From Myxococcota bacterium (lineage in GTDB: Bacteria > Myxococcota_A > Polyangia > Nannocystales > Nannocystaceae), in the NCBI GenBank assembly GCA_039028615.1, contig JBCCHT010000042.1:43701-107700 (forward strand): DNA of 64,000 nucleotides. The letters are read 5' to 3'. Below the pieces are notes generated by a model. The model saw only the letters and a list, made by a program, of their open reading frames with translations. It made no database searches and was not told where the DNA came from. Made by a program: the position numbers and the translations under genes. Positions 38,167-47,296 of the stretch are shown one piece after another. Position 1 is the first letter of the stretch; every line of letters begins with the position of its first letter.

Positions 38167-38497
38167 CCCCTCGCAACCGAGGGGTCTGCTCCTGGGCGGC
38201 CGGCCTATCTATCTCCGGCCGCGAGCGAGTGAACCACCGGTTTGTGTAGCGACGGCGACTCGGCGATCGAGCGCGCGCACGTTTCCATCATTCAGCCGGT
38301 ATGCGGCCTCCCGGGATGCTCGAGCGGATCTTCGAGCATCCCATTATTATGCCCGCCGCCCGAATGGCCGCGGCCGACTCGGGGTCCGGTCGCCGGGTGC
38401 CGCGTGAACCCGCGCCCACGGGCGGGTAGCCGCGCTGAGAAGCGCGCCGCGCATCGGGACACCGGTCGCATTGCTTCCCCGCGCTATCCTGCGGCGA

Positions 38498-39490
38498 ATG
38501 CCTTCCCGGGAAGCCCTCAACCGCTGCCGCTACGACGGCTCGGACCGTGGTCACTACGAGAGTTGGTTTCAGCGGGCCAACCATCCGAGTCGACCCCTCG
38601 CGTTCTGGATTCGGTACACCATCTTCTCTCCCGCCGGGCGGGCTGCCGACGCGGTCGGTGAGCTGTGGGCGATCGTCTTCGACGGCGAGCAGCAGAAGAT
38701 CACCGCCGTCAAACAAGTACACCCCATCGCCGACTGCGAGTTTTCCCCCTCGGGTCTCGCGGTGCGCATCGCCAGCTCCACGCTCGACAACGCGGGGCTC
38801 AGAGGCGAGGCCCGGCTCGGTGGGCGCCACCTCCAGTGGGCCCTGCGCTACGAAGGCAAGAAGCCGCCGCTGCTGCTGTTGCCGCCGCGCCTATACGACA
38901 CTCCGCTGCCCAAGGCCAAGGCGCTCGTCGGCATGCCCCTGGCGCGCTTCAGCGGAGAGCTCCACGTCGGCAGCGAGCGCATCGAGGTCGAGGACTGGGT
39001 CGGCAGCCAGAACCACAATTGGGGGAAGCAGCACACCGATCACTATGCGTGGGGCCAGGTCGCGGGCTTCGACGACGAGCCCGACGCCTTCCTCGAGCTG
39101 TCCACGGCGCGCCTGCGCATCGGCCCGCTGTGGACACCGTGGCTCACGCCGATGGTGCTGCGCCTCGACGGGGAAGAGTACGCGGTCACTGGCTTGGGGC
39201 AGGCTCTACGCGCGAAGGGGCGGTTCCATCCCTTCGAGTGGACCTTCGCCACGCGTACGCCTCGGGTGCGCATCGAGGGGAAGATCCGGGCCGAGGCGCG
39301 AGACTTCGTGGCCCTGCGCTACGGCAACCCGCCGGGCGGCAGCAAGATCTGCCTCAACTCGAAGATCGCGTCCTGCGAGGTCACCGTGCATCGCTCCGGC
39401 CAGGCGCCGCGCAAGCTGGTTACGGGCAACCGAGCGGCCTTCGAGATCCTGCAGGACAACGCGCCCGCTGGCATGACGCCCGTGGCGTAG
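38498..39490 (+). CDS. Hypothetical protein, tocopherol cyclase/AttH-like beta fold
   Basis: GHYESWF, FWIRYT, GSQNHNWG, YAW motifs. Confidence 0.65.
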   Translation: MPSREALNRCRYDGSDRGHYESWFQRANHPSRPLAFWIRYTIFSPAGRAADAVGELWAIVFDGEQQKITAVKQVHPIADCEFSPSGLAVRIASSTLDNAGLRGEARLGGRHLQWALRYEGKKPPLLLLPPRLYDTPLPKAKALVGMPLARFSGELHVGSERIEVEDWVGSQNHNWGKQHTDHYAWGQVAGFDDEPDAFLELSTARLRIGPLWTPWLTPMVLRLDGEEYAVTGLGQALRAKGRFHPFEWTFATRTPRVRIEGKIRAEARDFVALRYGNPPGGSKICLNSKIASCEVTVHRSGQAPRKLVTGNRAAFEILQDNAPAGMTPVA

Positions 39491-39552
39491 CGGGCGGAAG
39501 CTCTGCGATCTGTTGGAACGTAGGCGCGCGAGTTTGCGCGTGGCCGCTGTCC

Positions 39553-40371
39553 CTATTGCGCCGCGACGACGATTGGCTCGGGGGGGCCGACCTCGTTGCA
39601 GACGGCCTGCAACGCCGCCCACTCGTCGTCCGACAGCGCGGGCTCCCCTGCATGCGCGACCTCTTCGAGGTTCGCCTTCCGAGTCTCCCCCGACGGGTGC
39701 GTCGACAAAAACTCCACCGCCCCCGGCACGTCGTCTCCCGAGTCCTTCAGCCGCTCGAAGAAACTGAACAACCCCCGAGAGTCGATCCCCGCGGCGTTGA
39801 GCAGCTCGACCCCGGCTCGGTCGGCATCAAGCTCATCGCCGCGGCTGTAGTGATTGGTCAGCAGCGACTTCGCGACCTCTTCGTGCGACCCGTCGCCGGG
39901 CGTGAGCATGCCGAAGATCCCGTACCCCACCGCCTCGATGAGCCCCTCCGCCGGGTGTCGCTCGACGACGTGCCCCATCTCGTGCGCGAGCACTCCGGCG
40001 ACTTCGTCGGGCCCTTCCGCCTGGTCGATGATCGGCTTGAAGATCACGACGTGCCCACCGGGCGCGGCGAAGGCGTTCACGATCTCCTGGTCGCTGACGT
40101 AGACCTTGAAGGTGCGGTCGTCGGCTTCCTTGGCCAGGCGTTTGACGAGGTCCTCGAGCACGGCGACGCCCTCGGGGTCGTTGCAGAAGTTCCCCTCTTC
40201 GGCGGTGCCCTTGATCATCTCGGCCCCGACGGCGTTTTCGATCCGCTCGGGCAGCAGGGGCGCGACGAAGCCCGACAGCAGCGGGAAGGACACGAAGCCC
40301 ACCAGCAGGAGGATCGCCAGCAGGGTTCCGATGAACGCGAGGCGGCGGCTGCGTTTGGTGCGTTCGTCCAC
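39553..40371 (-). CDS. M48 family metallopeptidase
   Basis: NAFAAPGG, VLAHEMGHV, YSRGDELDAD, LSTHP; GTG start inferred. Confidence 0.9.
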   Translation of the reverse strand: MDERTKRSRRLAFIGTLLAILLLVGFVSFPLLSGFVAPLLPERIENAVGAEMIKGTAEEGNFCNDPEGVAVLEDLVKRLAKEADDRTFKVYVSDQEIVNAFAAPGGHVVIFKPIIDQAEGPDEVAGVLAHEMGHVVERHPAEGLIEAVGYGIFGMLTPGDGSHEEVAKSLLTNHYSRGDELDADRAGVELLNAAGIDSRGLFSFFERLKDSGDDVPGAVEFLSTHPSGETRKANLEEVAHAGEPALSDDEWAALQAVCNEVGPPEPIVVAAQ

Positions 40372-40743
40372 GGCGAAGGGAACGCTAGTCTCGGGATCGC
40401 CGGCTGTCGAGCGGCAATGCGCGCGGGACCGCATGCGTGCCTCGCAGAGCGCTCGCGCGGGCGCGCAGCGGCATCCTGCGCCGGCTTCGGCTGCAGGCGA
40501 AACCAAATGCGACGCTCGGTTCATGGACGCCGAGGGGCGACCATGAACCGAGCTCGTTGGAAGGACAGCGGGGTTGACCCAGGGGCCGCGGCGGGTGCCG
40601 GGCACGCTCACCTCGGGCGAAGCGCCGGAGCTGTCCGCCGCTTCTTTTGGCGGCTTGTGGACAGACGGTGGAGTTCGCGGGGTGAAGTGCCGGTCTGGCG
40701 CGGCGCTGTCGACTAGTTCAACGTCCCAGACGTCGAAGTTGTT

Positions 40744-41598
40744 TCATCGAACGAAGCGTCGGACGACGATGAGCAAGGGCTGCGGCACGGGGCTTCGCGT
40801 GGTGCTGGCCCAGGCGGAGCGGCTGCTGCGATAGGGATGGCGGCCTTCGTAGGCGGTGGAGCGACCCCCGAACAGATCGGTCCAGGAGCGACGCTGCGCC
40901 TGAGCCCCGAGCACCTCGACCTCGTCGAGGTAGGCGTTCATGCGGCTGTGCCGAAGCTCGGCGTCGGCGGCAAACCAGACGAAGGCGGCGACGAGGGCGA
41001 GCAGGTACTGACCCCACCACAGGCCGGCGAGACCCATGACCAACGCGAGGCCCTTGCCGATGCGAGCGGCGATCTCGGTGGCGCGCGTGGAGCCCTTGCG
41101 CTCGGCCAACAGCGCCCGCAGAGCACGGCCACCGTCCATGGGGAACGCGGGTAGGAGATTGAAGGTGCCGAGCACGAGGTTGGCGACCATGACGCCTCCG
41201 ACCATCGAGCTGAGCAACGGCACGCCCGCGAACACGGGTGACAGCACCCACAAGCCGGCGGCGAGAGCGAAGTTCACGGCCGGGCCAGCGAGCGCGACGG
41301 CGAGCTCTTGTCGCGGCGCAGCGGGCATACCCTCGAGCTGCGCGACGCCCCCAATCGGGGAAAGCACGATACGCCGGGTTCGAATGCCGAAGCGGCGAGC
41401 CATGAGCGCGTGACCCAGCTCGTGGAGCAAGACCGACGCGAATACGGCGAGCAGGAAGCCCACGCCGAGTACTACGGCGAGGCCCGAGCCTGCCCCGGAC
41501 CAGGCAGACCACGCGGACCAGGCCACCAGCAGCAGGAACGAGGCGTGGACGTAGGTGTCAATGCCCGCGAACCGACCGAGTTTCCAGGACCATTTCAT
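40744..41598 (-). CDS. Site-2 protease (M50)
   Basis: HELGH, AGP, NLLPAFPMDGG. Confidence 0.93.
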   Translation of the reverse strand: MKWSWKLGRFAGIDTYVHASFLLLVAWSAWSAWSGAGSGLAVVLGVGFLLAVFASVLLHELGHALMARRFGIRTRRIVLSPIGGVAQLEGMPAAPRQELAVALAGPAVNFALAAGLWVLSPVFAGVPLLSSMVGGVMVANLVLGTFNLLPAFPMDGGRALRALLAERKGSTRATEIAARIGKGLALVMGLAGLWWGQYLLALVAAFVWFAADAELRHSRMNAYLDEVEVLGAQAQRRSWTDLFGGRSTAYEGRHPYRSSRSAWASTTRSPVPQPLLIVVRRFVR

Positions 41599-41754
41599 TG
41601 CTCGGACAACGTAGGCCTCATCCGAGGGAAAGCAAGGGGTGTGCCGGGATCACATTTCTTTGCAAAACGTTGTGCATTGGCGTGAAACATCGGGTCCGGC
41701 GAGGACGTAGGGCCCGCCGGATCGGCTCGATCGGGCTGCTACCATCCCCGCGTC

Positions 41755-42303
41755 GTGCTTCGCCTGACACCTTTGCTGCTGTCACTAGTGCTCGTGTCGA
41801 TCGGCACGGGCTGCCCGAACGAACCCCACGCGAGCGCGGGCACTCCGGCCGCGAAAACCAGCGCGAAGCCTGGAGCACCGACTCCGCCTGCACCGAAGGC
41901 CGAGGCGCCGGACAAAGGGCCGCAGTTCGTCGCGGCGGGCGAAGGCGCGGTGGACGAAGTCGTGCGGCACGCGAGCGCGAAGGCGAAGACCGACGAGCGG
42001 CAGCTGGTCGTTTATGTCGGCGCGTCGTGGTGCGAGCCGTGCATGGACTTCCACCACGCGGTCGAGCGCGGCGAGCTCGACGAGGCGCTGGCCGGCGTTC
42101 GCTTCGTGGAGTTCGATTCCGATCGCGACGGCGCTCGCCTGCGCGACGCGGGCTACGGCGGCCGACTGATCCCTCGCTTCGTGGTGCCCGGACCCGACGG
42201 ACGCAGCTCCGAGCGGCGGATCGAAGGCGGCATCAAGGGCGAAGGCTCGGTCGCCCACATCATGGGGCGACTGGGCCCGCTGTTGGGCACGACCCCCGGC
42301 TGA
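41755..42303 (+). CDS. Thioredoxin-like lipoprotein
   Basis: Lipobox GTGC; GASWCEPC; IP cis-Pro loop. Confidence 0.8.
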   Translation: MLRLTPLLLSLVLVSIGTGCPNEPHASAGTPAAKTSAKPGAPTPPAPKAEAPDKGPQFVAAGEGAVDEVVRHASAKAKTDERQLVVYVGASWCEPCMDFHHAVERGELDEALAGVRFVEFDSDRDGARLRDAGYGGRLIPRFVVPGPDGRSSERRIEGGIKGEGSVAHIMGRLGPLLGTTPG

Positions 42304-42312
42304 GGAACGACC

Positions 42313-43338
42313 ATGTCCGAGACGCTACTGCTGCACGACGACACCATGATCGACCACGATCCCGGGCGGGGTCACCCCGAGCGGCCCGATCGCTTGCGCG
42401 CGATCATGGCTCATCTGTCCGAGCACCCCGTGGCCGGTACTCGCATGATGACGCCGAGCCCGGTGCCGCGCCCCACCGCGCTGCGCGTGCACGACGAAGA
42501 GCACATGCGACATGTCGATGCGGCGCGGGGGCTTCACCAGCGCTTCGATCCCGACACCGTCGCCTCGCCTCGCAGCATCGACGCGGCCTATCTCGCGGCG
42601 GGGGCCGCCGTGCAGGCGGTCGACGAGGTGCTCGACGGGCGGGCCCGCAATGCGTTCGCTCTCGTGCGCCCGCCGGGGCACCACGCCGAGCCCAGCCGCG
42701 CGATGGGCTTTTGCTTCCTGAACAACGTGGCCATTGCGGCCGAGCACGCGCTGGCCCGCCCCGAGATCGAGCGCGTGATGGTGATCGACTGGGACGTGCA
42801 CCACGGCAACGGCACCCAAAACGCGTTCTATGGCCGCCGTGACGTGCTCTTCGCCAGCTCGCACCAGTTTCCGTTTTATCCGGGCACGGGTGCGCTGGCC
42901 GAAGAGGGCACGGGCGAGGGCCAGGGCTATACCGTCAACGTGCCGCTGCCCGGGGGCGCGACCGATGGTGACTATCGGCGGCTCTTCGGTGATCTCGTCG
43001 CGCCCGCGGCCGAGCACTTCGATCCCGACCTGGTCCTGGTCTCGGCCGGGTTCGATGCGCATCGTCTCGATCCGGTCGGGGGCATGGCGATGAGTGCCGA
43101 GGGCTTCGCCGACCTGTGCGCCACGATCAAAGCGGTGGCCGACGCCCGAGCGAACGGCCGCCTGGTGCTGGTACTCGAAGGCGGCTACGACCTGTCCGGC
43201 CTCGCCACCAGCGTGCACGCGTGCGTCGAGGTCATGGCCGGCGCGACCGCGCCCGACGGCGGGGGCGATCCGAGCACGGGCGGCGATCGAGCGCTCCGCG
43301 AAGCGCACGCGCATCACCGCCGCCACTGGCCGGTCTGA
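42313..43338 (+). CDS. Histone deacetylase family protein
   Basis: HPERPDR, RPPGHHA, GFCFLNN, DWDVHHGNGTQ, SAGFDAH, LEGGY. Confidence 0.95.
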   Translation: MSETLLLHDDTMIDHDPGRGHPERPDRLRAIMAHLSEHPVAGTRMMTPSPVPRPTALRVHDEEHMRHVDAARGLHQRFDPDTVASPRSIDAAYLAAGAAVQAVDEVLDGRARNAFALVRPPGHHAEPSRAMGFCFLNNVAIAAEHALARPEIERVMVIDWDVHHGNGTQNAFYGRRDVLFASSHQFPFYPGTGALAEEGTGEGQGYTVNVPLPGGATDGDYRRLFGDLVAPAAEHFDPDLVLVSAGFDAHRLDPVGGMAMSAEGFADLCATIKAVADARANGRLVLVLEGGYDLSGLATSVHACVEVMAGATAPDGGGDPSTGGDRALREAHAHHRRHWPV

Positions 43339-43353
43339 GTCGAGCGCGCTCGC

Positions 43354-44337
43354 TCAGGGGAAGCCGGGATCGGGATCTGGAGGCTCGACGCCCTCGTCGG
43401 TCTTGGGCGGATCGACCGGATCGGGGTCGACCCCGGTGTCCGAGACGCCGATCCATCGGCCGTGCTCTCCACACAAGCCATCGACCCCGGAACCGAAGTT
43501 GTAGAGGTCCCAGGTGATCGTCGGGTTGTTCGGATCGTCGACGACGGTCGCGGCCCCGTCTGGAGGCACGAGGGGGGTCACGCCGTTGTCCGCGGCCAGC
43601 GAGCGATACCCCGCGAGCTCTCCACACTCGGTCACGCAGTCGGCCGGATCGGGCGCCCCCAAGTGGAAGTTGAACGGCTCGGCAATACTCGGGTCGACCA
43701 CGTTCGACACCACGAGACTTCCATAGACCGGGTGCGTGAGGTTGTAGGCCTCGAGCTCGCAGTTGGCCACGTCGACCTGGTAGCGCTGCATCGCCAAGGT
43801 CACGCAGCCTTCGATGGGCCAGGGCAGCAGATCGATGTCGAGGCCGAGATCGATCTCGACCTCGTCTCCCACCGGGGGAAAGCCGCCCTCGCAGCACCCG
43901 TCGCACTGGACGCCCCAAAATCCCGTGGGCAACACGTCCACCACCACGAACTGCTCGACGGTGAGCAAGCAGTCGGGTTGCTCACCGTCGAAGTACAGGT
44001 CGAAGGGGGTGTCGAAGCCGACGTTGCACATCTTCGGGCCGATGCCCGTCTCCTCGGAGCCGATGCCCGTCTCGCCCGACGTCGCCGGATCGGTCGGATC
44101 GACGGGCCCGGTCTCGGCTCCCGTGGTCACCCCCGGGGTGTCGTCTCCTGCGGAGCCCTCGGCCGAGCCTTCTCCGGGGCGGCTCGTCTCCTCTCCGGGG
44201 CGATCGCCGGTCGTCACCGCGGAGGTGCCGCCCGTGTCCCCGTCGGAGCCTCCGGCCCCATCCCCGAACAGGGGATTGTCCCGGGCGCACCCGGTCAGGG
44301 CGATCACGCCCAGCATGCTCAATCTCAACCAAGCCAT
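43354..44337 (-). CDS. Cys-containing lipoprotein, unknown function
   Basis: MAWLRLSMLGVIALTGC lipobox; Gly/Thr/Glu linker. Confidence 0.7.
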   Translation of the reverse strand: MAWLRLSMLGVIALTGCARDNPLFGDGAGGSDGDTGGTSAVTTGDRPGEETSRPGEGSAEGSAGDDTPGVTTGAETGPVDPTDPATSGETGIGSEETGIGPKMCNVGFDTPFDLYFDGEQPDCLLTVEQFVVVDVLPTGFWGVQCDGCCEGGFPPVGDEVEIDLGLDIDLLPWPIEGCVTLAMQRYQVDVANCELEAYNLTHPVYGSLVVSNVVDPSIAEPFNFHLGAPDPADCVTECGELAGYRSLAADNGVTPLVPPDGAATVVDDPNNPTITWDLYNFGSGVDGLCGEHGRWIGVSDTGVDPDPVDPPKTDEGVEPPDPDPGFP

Positions 44338-44530
44338 GGAGTTAGTTGTAGCCGAAGTGGTGGCCTTCGTCCCGATCCTGGCCATTGGATCAACCGGGCG
44401 ACGAAACCTGTAGGCAGCGAACCGACACCGACTCGATCGAGGCCGAAACGCCCTCCCGTCGGCACCCATGCCGGGAACCTCGGGCGGCTTCGCTGCCACC
44501 AACCAGTGGATCAAAAACCGGAGTCTCGCC

Positions 44531-46045
44531 ATGCGCTTCGCCACTGTCACCGCCCGTCCCCGCCTGCGCCTCGCCCGCTGCTTTTTCGCCTCTGTGGGCC
44601 TGTTGTGGGCCTGTGAAGCCGCTCCCACCGCTCGCCGCGATCCCGAACCCGAGCCCGAGATGGAGCTCATCGACCCCGCGGCCGAGCCCCTCGCGCCCGA
44701 GCTGGCGACCCAGGTCGCCACCCATCTCGCCGACTACGGTCGCCACTGGCCCGCCTTCCGATTCCACGGCTCCGTGATCGTCGCGCGTGGCGACGAGGTG
44801 GGCGTCGACCAGGCGTTCGGCTTCGCCGACCTCGTGGAGGGCGTGCCCAACGAAAGCGACACCATGTTTCGCATCGGCACCTTGTCGGCCCAGCTCACCG
44901 CGGCCGCCGTGCTGCGCCTGGCCGCGGCCGATCGGCTGCGCCTCGACGATCCCGTGTCTCGTTACCTGCCCTACTGGCCCAACGGTGAGCGGATCACCCT
45001 CGAGCACTTGTTGTCGCATCGCAGCGGCATCCCCAACTACACCGACATGCAGTCCTTCGAGGCCTGGAAGCGACAGGAGCACACGCTGCAGACCGCGGCG
45101 TCGTGGTTCCGCAACCTACCGCTCGAGTTCGATCCGGGCACCGACACGAGCCCGAGCAACTCCAACTACATGCTGCTCGGGCTCGTCCTCGAGTCCATCA
45201 CCGGGCAGCCTCACCACGAGGTCGTGGCCGAGCAGGTGCTCGAGCCGCTCGGCATGCATCGCACGCAATTCGCCGACACCGAGCATGCTCAGGCCGTCGG
45301 GATGGAGTATCACGAGGACGAGCGGCTGGTGCTCGTGGCCGACGTCGAGCCGTCGGCGTTCGGGTCGGCGGGCGGATGGCTGTCGACCACGGGCGACCTG
45401 CTGCGATGGGTTCGGGGCTTGAACGACGAGCAGTTTTTGCCGTCGTCCCTCGTGGAGCGCATGCAGGGGCGGGGCAGTGAAGGCTTTGGGTACGCGTGGA
45501 CGGACAGCGAGATCGCGGGGCGCGATGCGTTGACGTGGCCGGGGCTCATCGATGGCTTCAATGCTTCGCTGGTGCATGTGCCTTCGGACGACACCACGAT
45601 CATCGTGCTGTCGAACTCGGAGGTGCTGCCCACGGGGCAGCTGGTGGGGGAGATTGCTTCGCTGATCTACGAAGGGGAGCTGCCGAAGCGGGTCGAGGCG
45701 CGGGCGGTTCCGGTGGAGATGGAGGAGCAGCGGCGGGCGAAGGGGCGGTATGTGCTGACGCGGGGGACGGAGCAGGCGCTCGAAGGGGCGGATCCGGAGG
45801 CGATGGTGCAGCTGGCGGAGATTCGGGTGGTGGAGCAGGAGGGGGTGATGGTGTTGGATATTCCGATCCATGGGAGGAAGCGGATGCATCCGGCGGGGGC
45901 GGGGCGGTTTTTCTTCAAGGATGGGGGGCAGAGTACGGCGCAGTTTATTGAGCGGGGGGAGAAGGCGGCGTTGTTGGTGTTGGAGGCGAATGGGAGTGAG
46001 CTTCGGTATGTGCGGATTGCGGAGGATGGGGTGGCGGGGGCTTGA
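44531..46045 (+). CDS. Beta-lactamase/serine hydrolase (AmpC-like) fold lipoprotein, catalytic motifs altered
   Basis: FGFAD, FRIGTLSAQLTA, LLSHRSGI, SNSNYMLLG, PLGM, AGGWLST. Confidence 0.85.
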   Translation: MRFATVTARPRLRLARCFFASVGLLWACEAAPTARRDPEPEPEMELIDPAAEPLAPELATQVATHLADYGRHWPAFRFHGSVIVARGDEVGVDQAFGFADLVEGVPNESDTMFRIGTLSAQLTAAAVLRLAAADRLRLDDPVSRYLPYWPNGERITLEHLLSHRSGIPNYTDMQSFEAWKRQEHTLQTAASWFRNLPLEFDPGTDTSPSNSNYMLLGLVLESITGQPHHEVVAEQVLEPLGMHRTQFADTEHAQAVGMEYHEDERLVLVADVEPSAFGSAGGWLSTTGDLLRWVRGLNDEQFLPSSLVERMQGRGSEGFGYAWTDSEIAGRDALTWPGLIDGFNASLVHVPSDDTTIIVLSNSEVLPTGQLVGEIASLIYEGELPKRVEARAVPVEMEEQRRAKGRYVLTRGTEQALEGADPEAMVQLAEIRVVEQEGVMVLDIPIHGRKRMHPAGAGRFFFKDGGQSTAQFIERGEKAALLVLEANGSELRYVRIAEDGVAGA

Positions 46046-46321
46046 GGGTTCTGCTTCGAACGGAACGCTTGTTGAATTTTGCTTGGGCGGGGGGGTGCTT
46101 GCTTCGAGAACGTTGGTGAGTGTTCGAACGAGCGGCTCGCCTGTTGACGGCTGGAACCCTCCCCGGACGTGCTCGGCGGCCGTGGTCGCGGAGTGTTTCT
46201 CGGCGGGTGTCGGCGGCCGCCTCCGCGCGACCGGGCCCCCTCCATCCTACGCGGCTTCGCTTCAGCCCTCCCCCGGCACCGGCTCCCGAGCGGAGGGGGG
46301 TTGCGCTCTGCTAGAGCGACG
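46043..46321 (-). repeat. Dispersed repeat family A, copy 3 (left arm of inverted pair)
   Basis: Reverse complement nearly identical to 46722-46970. Confidence 0.95.
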
Positions 46322-46721
46322 GGCGGCTTGCTCGTCGTCCTTTGTGCGCGCTCGCTTTGCTTCGCTTGCTTGGGGGGTGACTCGGCAGTCTGAAGTGCAT
46401 CGCGTGATCGCATCTTTGTATGCGCGCCGCCTTGTTTGCCTTCACAGGACTCGATCTCGTCGCTCGATTTGCTCTGGCTCCGCGCTGCGCGACTCGTCCT
46501 TTGCTGTGGGTTGCCACCGGCTTCGACAGGCAATGCATCGGTTCGTTTGGTTCCCTGCAGGCTTCCTGTAGCGAGCCACGGTGTTCCGTCGCTTGCTCGG
46601 GAGCCCATCCTCAGGCTGAAAACCTTCATCACAGAGTTACGACACGTCCATCCGCCGTCCCTCCCATCAGCCTCTATGCGGCGACGCCACCGCGCAACTC
46701 GCCACTCGAGCAAGACCAACC

Positions 46722-46970
46722 CTCGCTCGAGCAGAGTGCGACCGCCCCCCGTTCGGGAGCCGGTGCCGGGGGAGGGCTGAAGCGAAGCCGCGTAGGATGG
46801 AGGGGGCCCGGTCGCGCGGAGGCGGCCGCCGACACCCGTCGAGAAACACTCCGCGACCACGGCCGCCGAGCACGTCCGGGGAGGGTTCCAGCCGTCAACA
46901 GGCGAGCCGCTCGTTCGAACACTCACCAACGTTCTCGAGCAAGCAGCCCCGCGCCCAAGCAGAACCCTCA
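46722..46970 (+). repeat. Dispersed repeat family A, copy 4 (right arm of inverted pair)
   Basis: Same core as copies 1-3; extended identity to copy 3. Confidence 0.95.
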
Positions 46971-47296
46971 GCCCTCCGCCAACCACTCCCCCCGCATCCA
47001 CCAACCCCCATGGCCCCAATGTCGCGCTCTGACGACGATGCCCCGGTGCCAATTATCGAGGGGCACCAGCCGCCATCGCGGTCCCGGGCGGCAGCTGTTC
47101 ATCTCGGTCGCATCGGTGCACTCGGCCCGAGGTGAGGGCGCCGAACGCACTGGCCGAAACTGTATTCAGAGGCGGTCGGAGGGGGTCTGTTCGACGAAGG
47201 GGTGATCCGTGGTGCGTGCCACTCCGCGGTGCGGTGGGGCAATCGTACTCACTGTCGATCGTGCCCGTGGCATCGGCTTTGCAGTTTTGGGAGGGC

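Noticed and set aside
45400..46045. Horizontal transfer or DGR as cause of the codon shift
   Set aside because: The shift is a gradient within otherwise native genes and targets C on one strand. There is no reverse transcriptase or TR/VR pair with adenine-specific differences.
45667..47205. ORFs across the inverted repeats as a transposase or toxin
   Set aside because: Translations are repeat-derived or low complexity, with no DDE, HUH or recombinase motifs.
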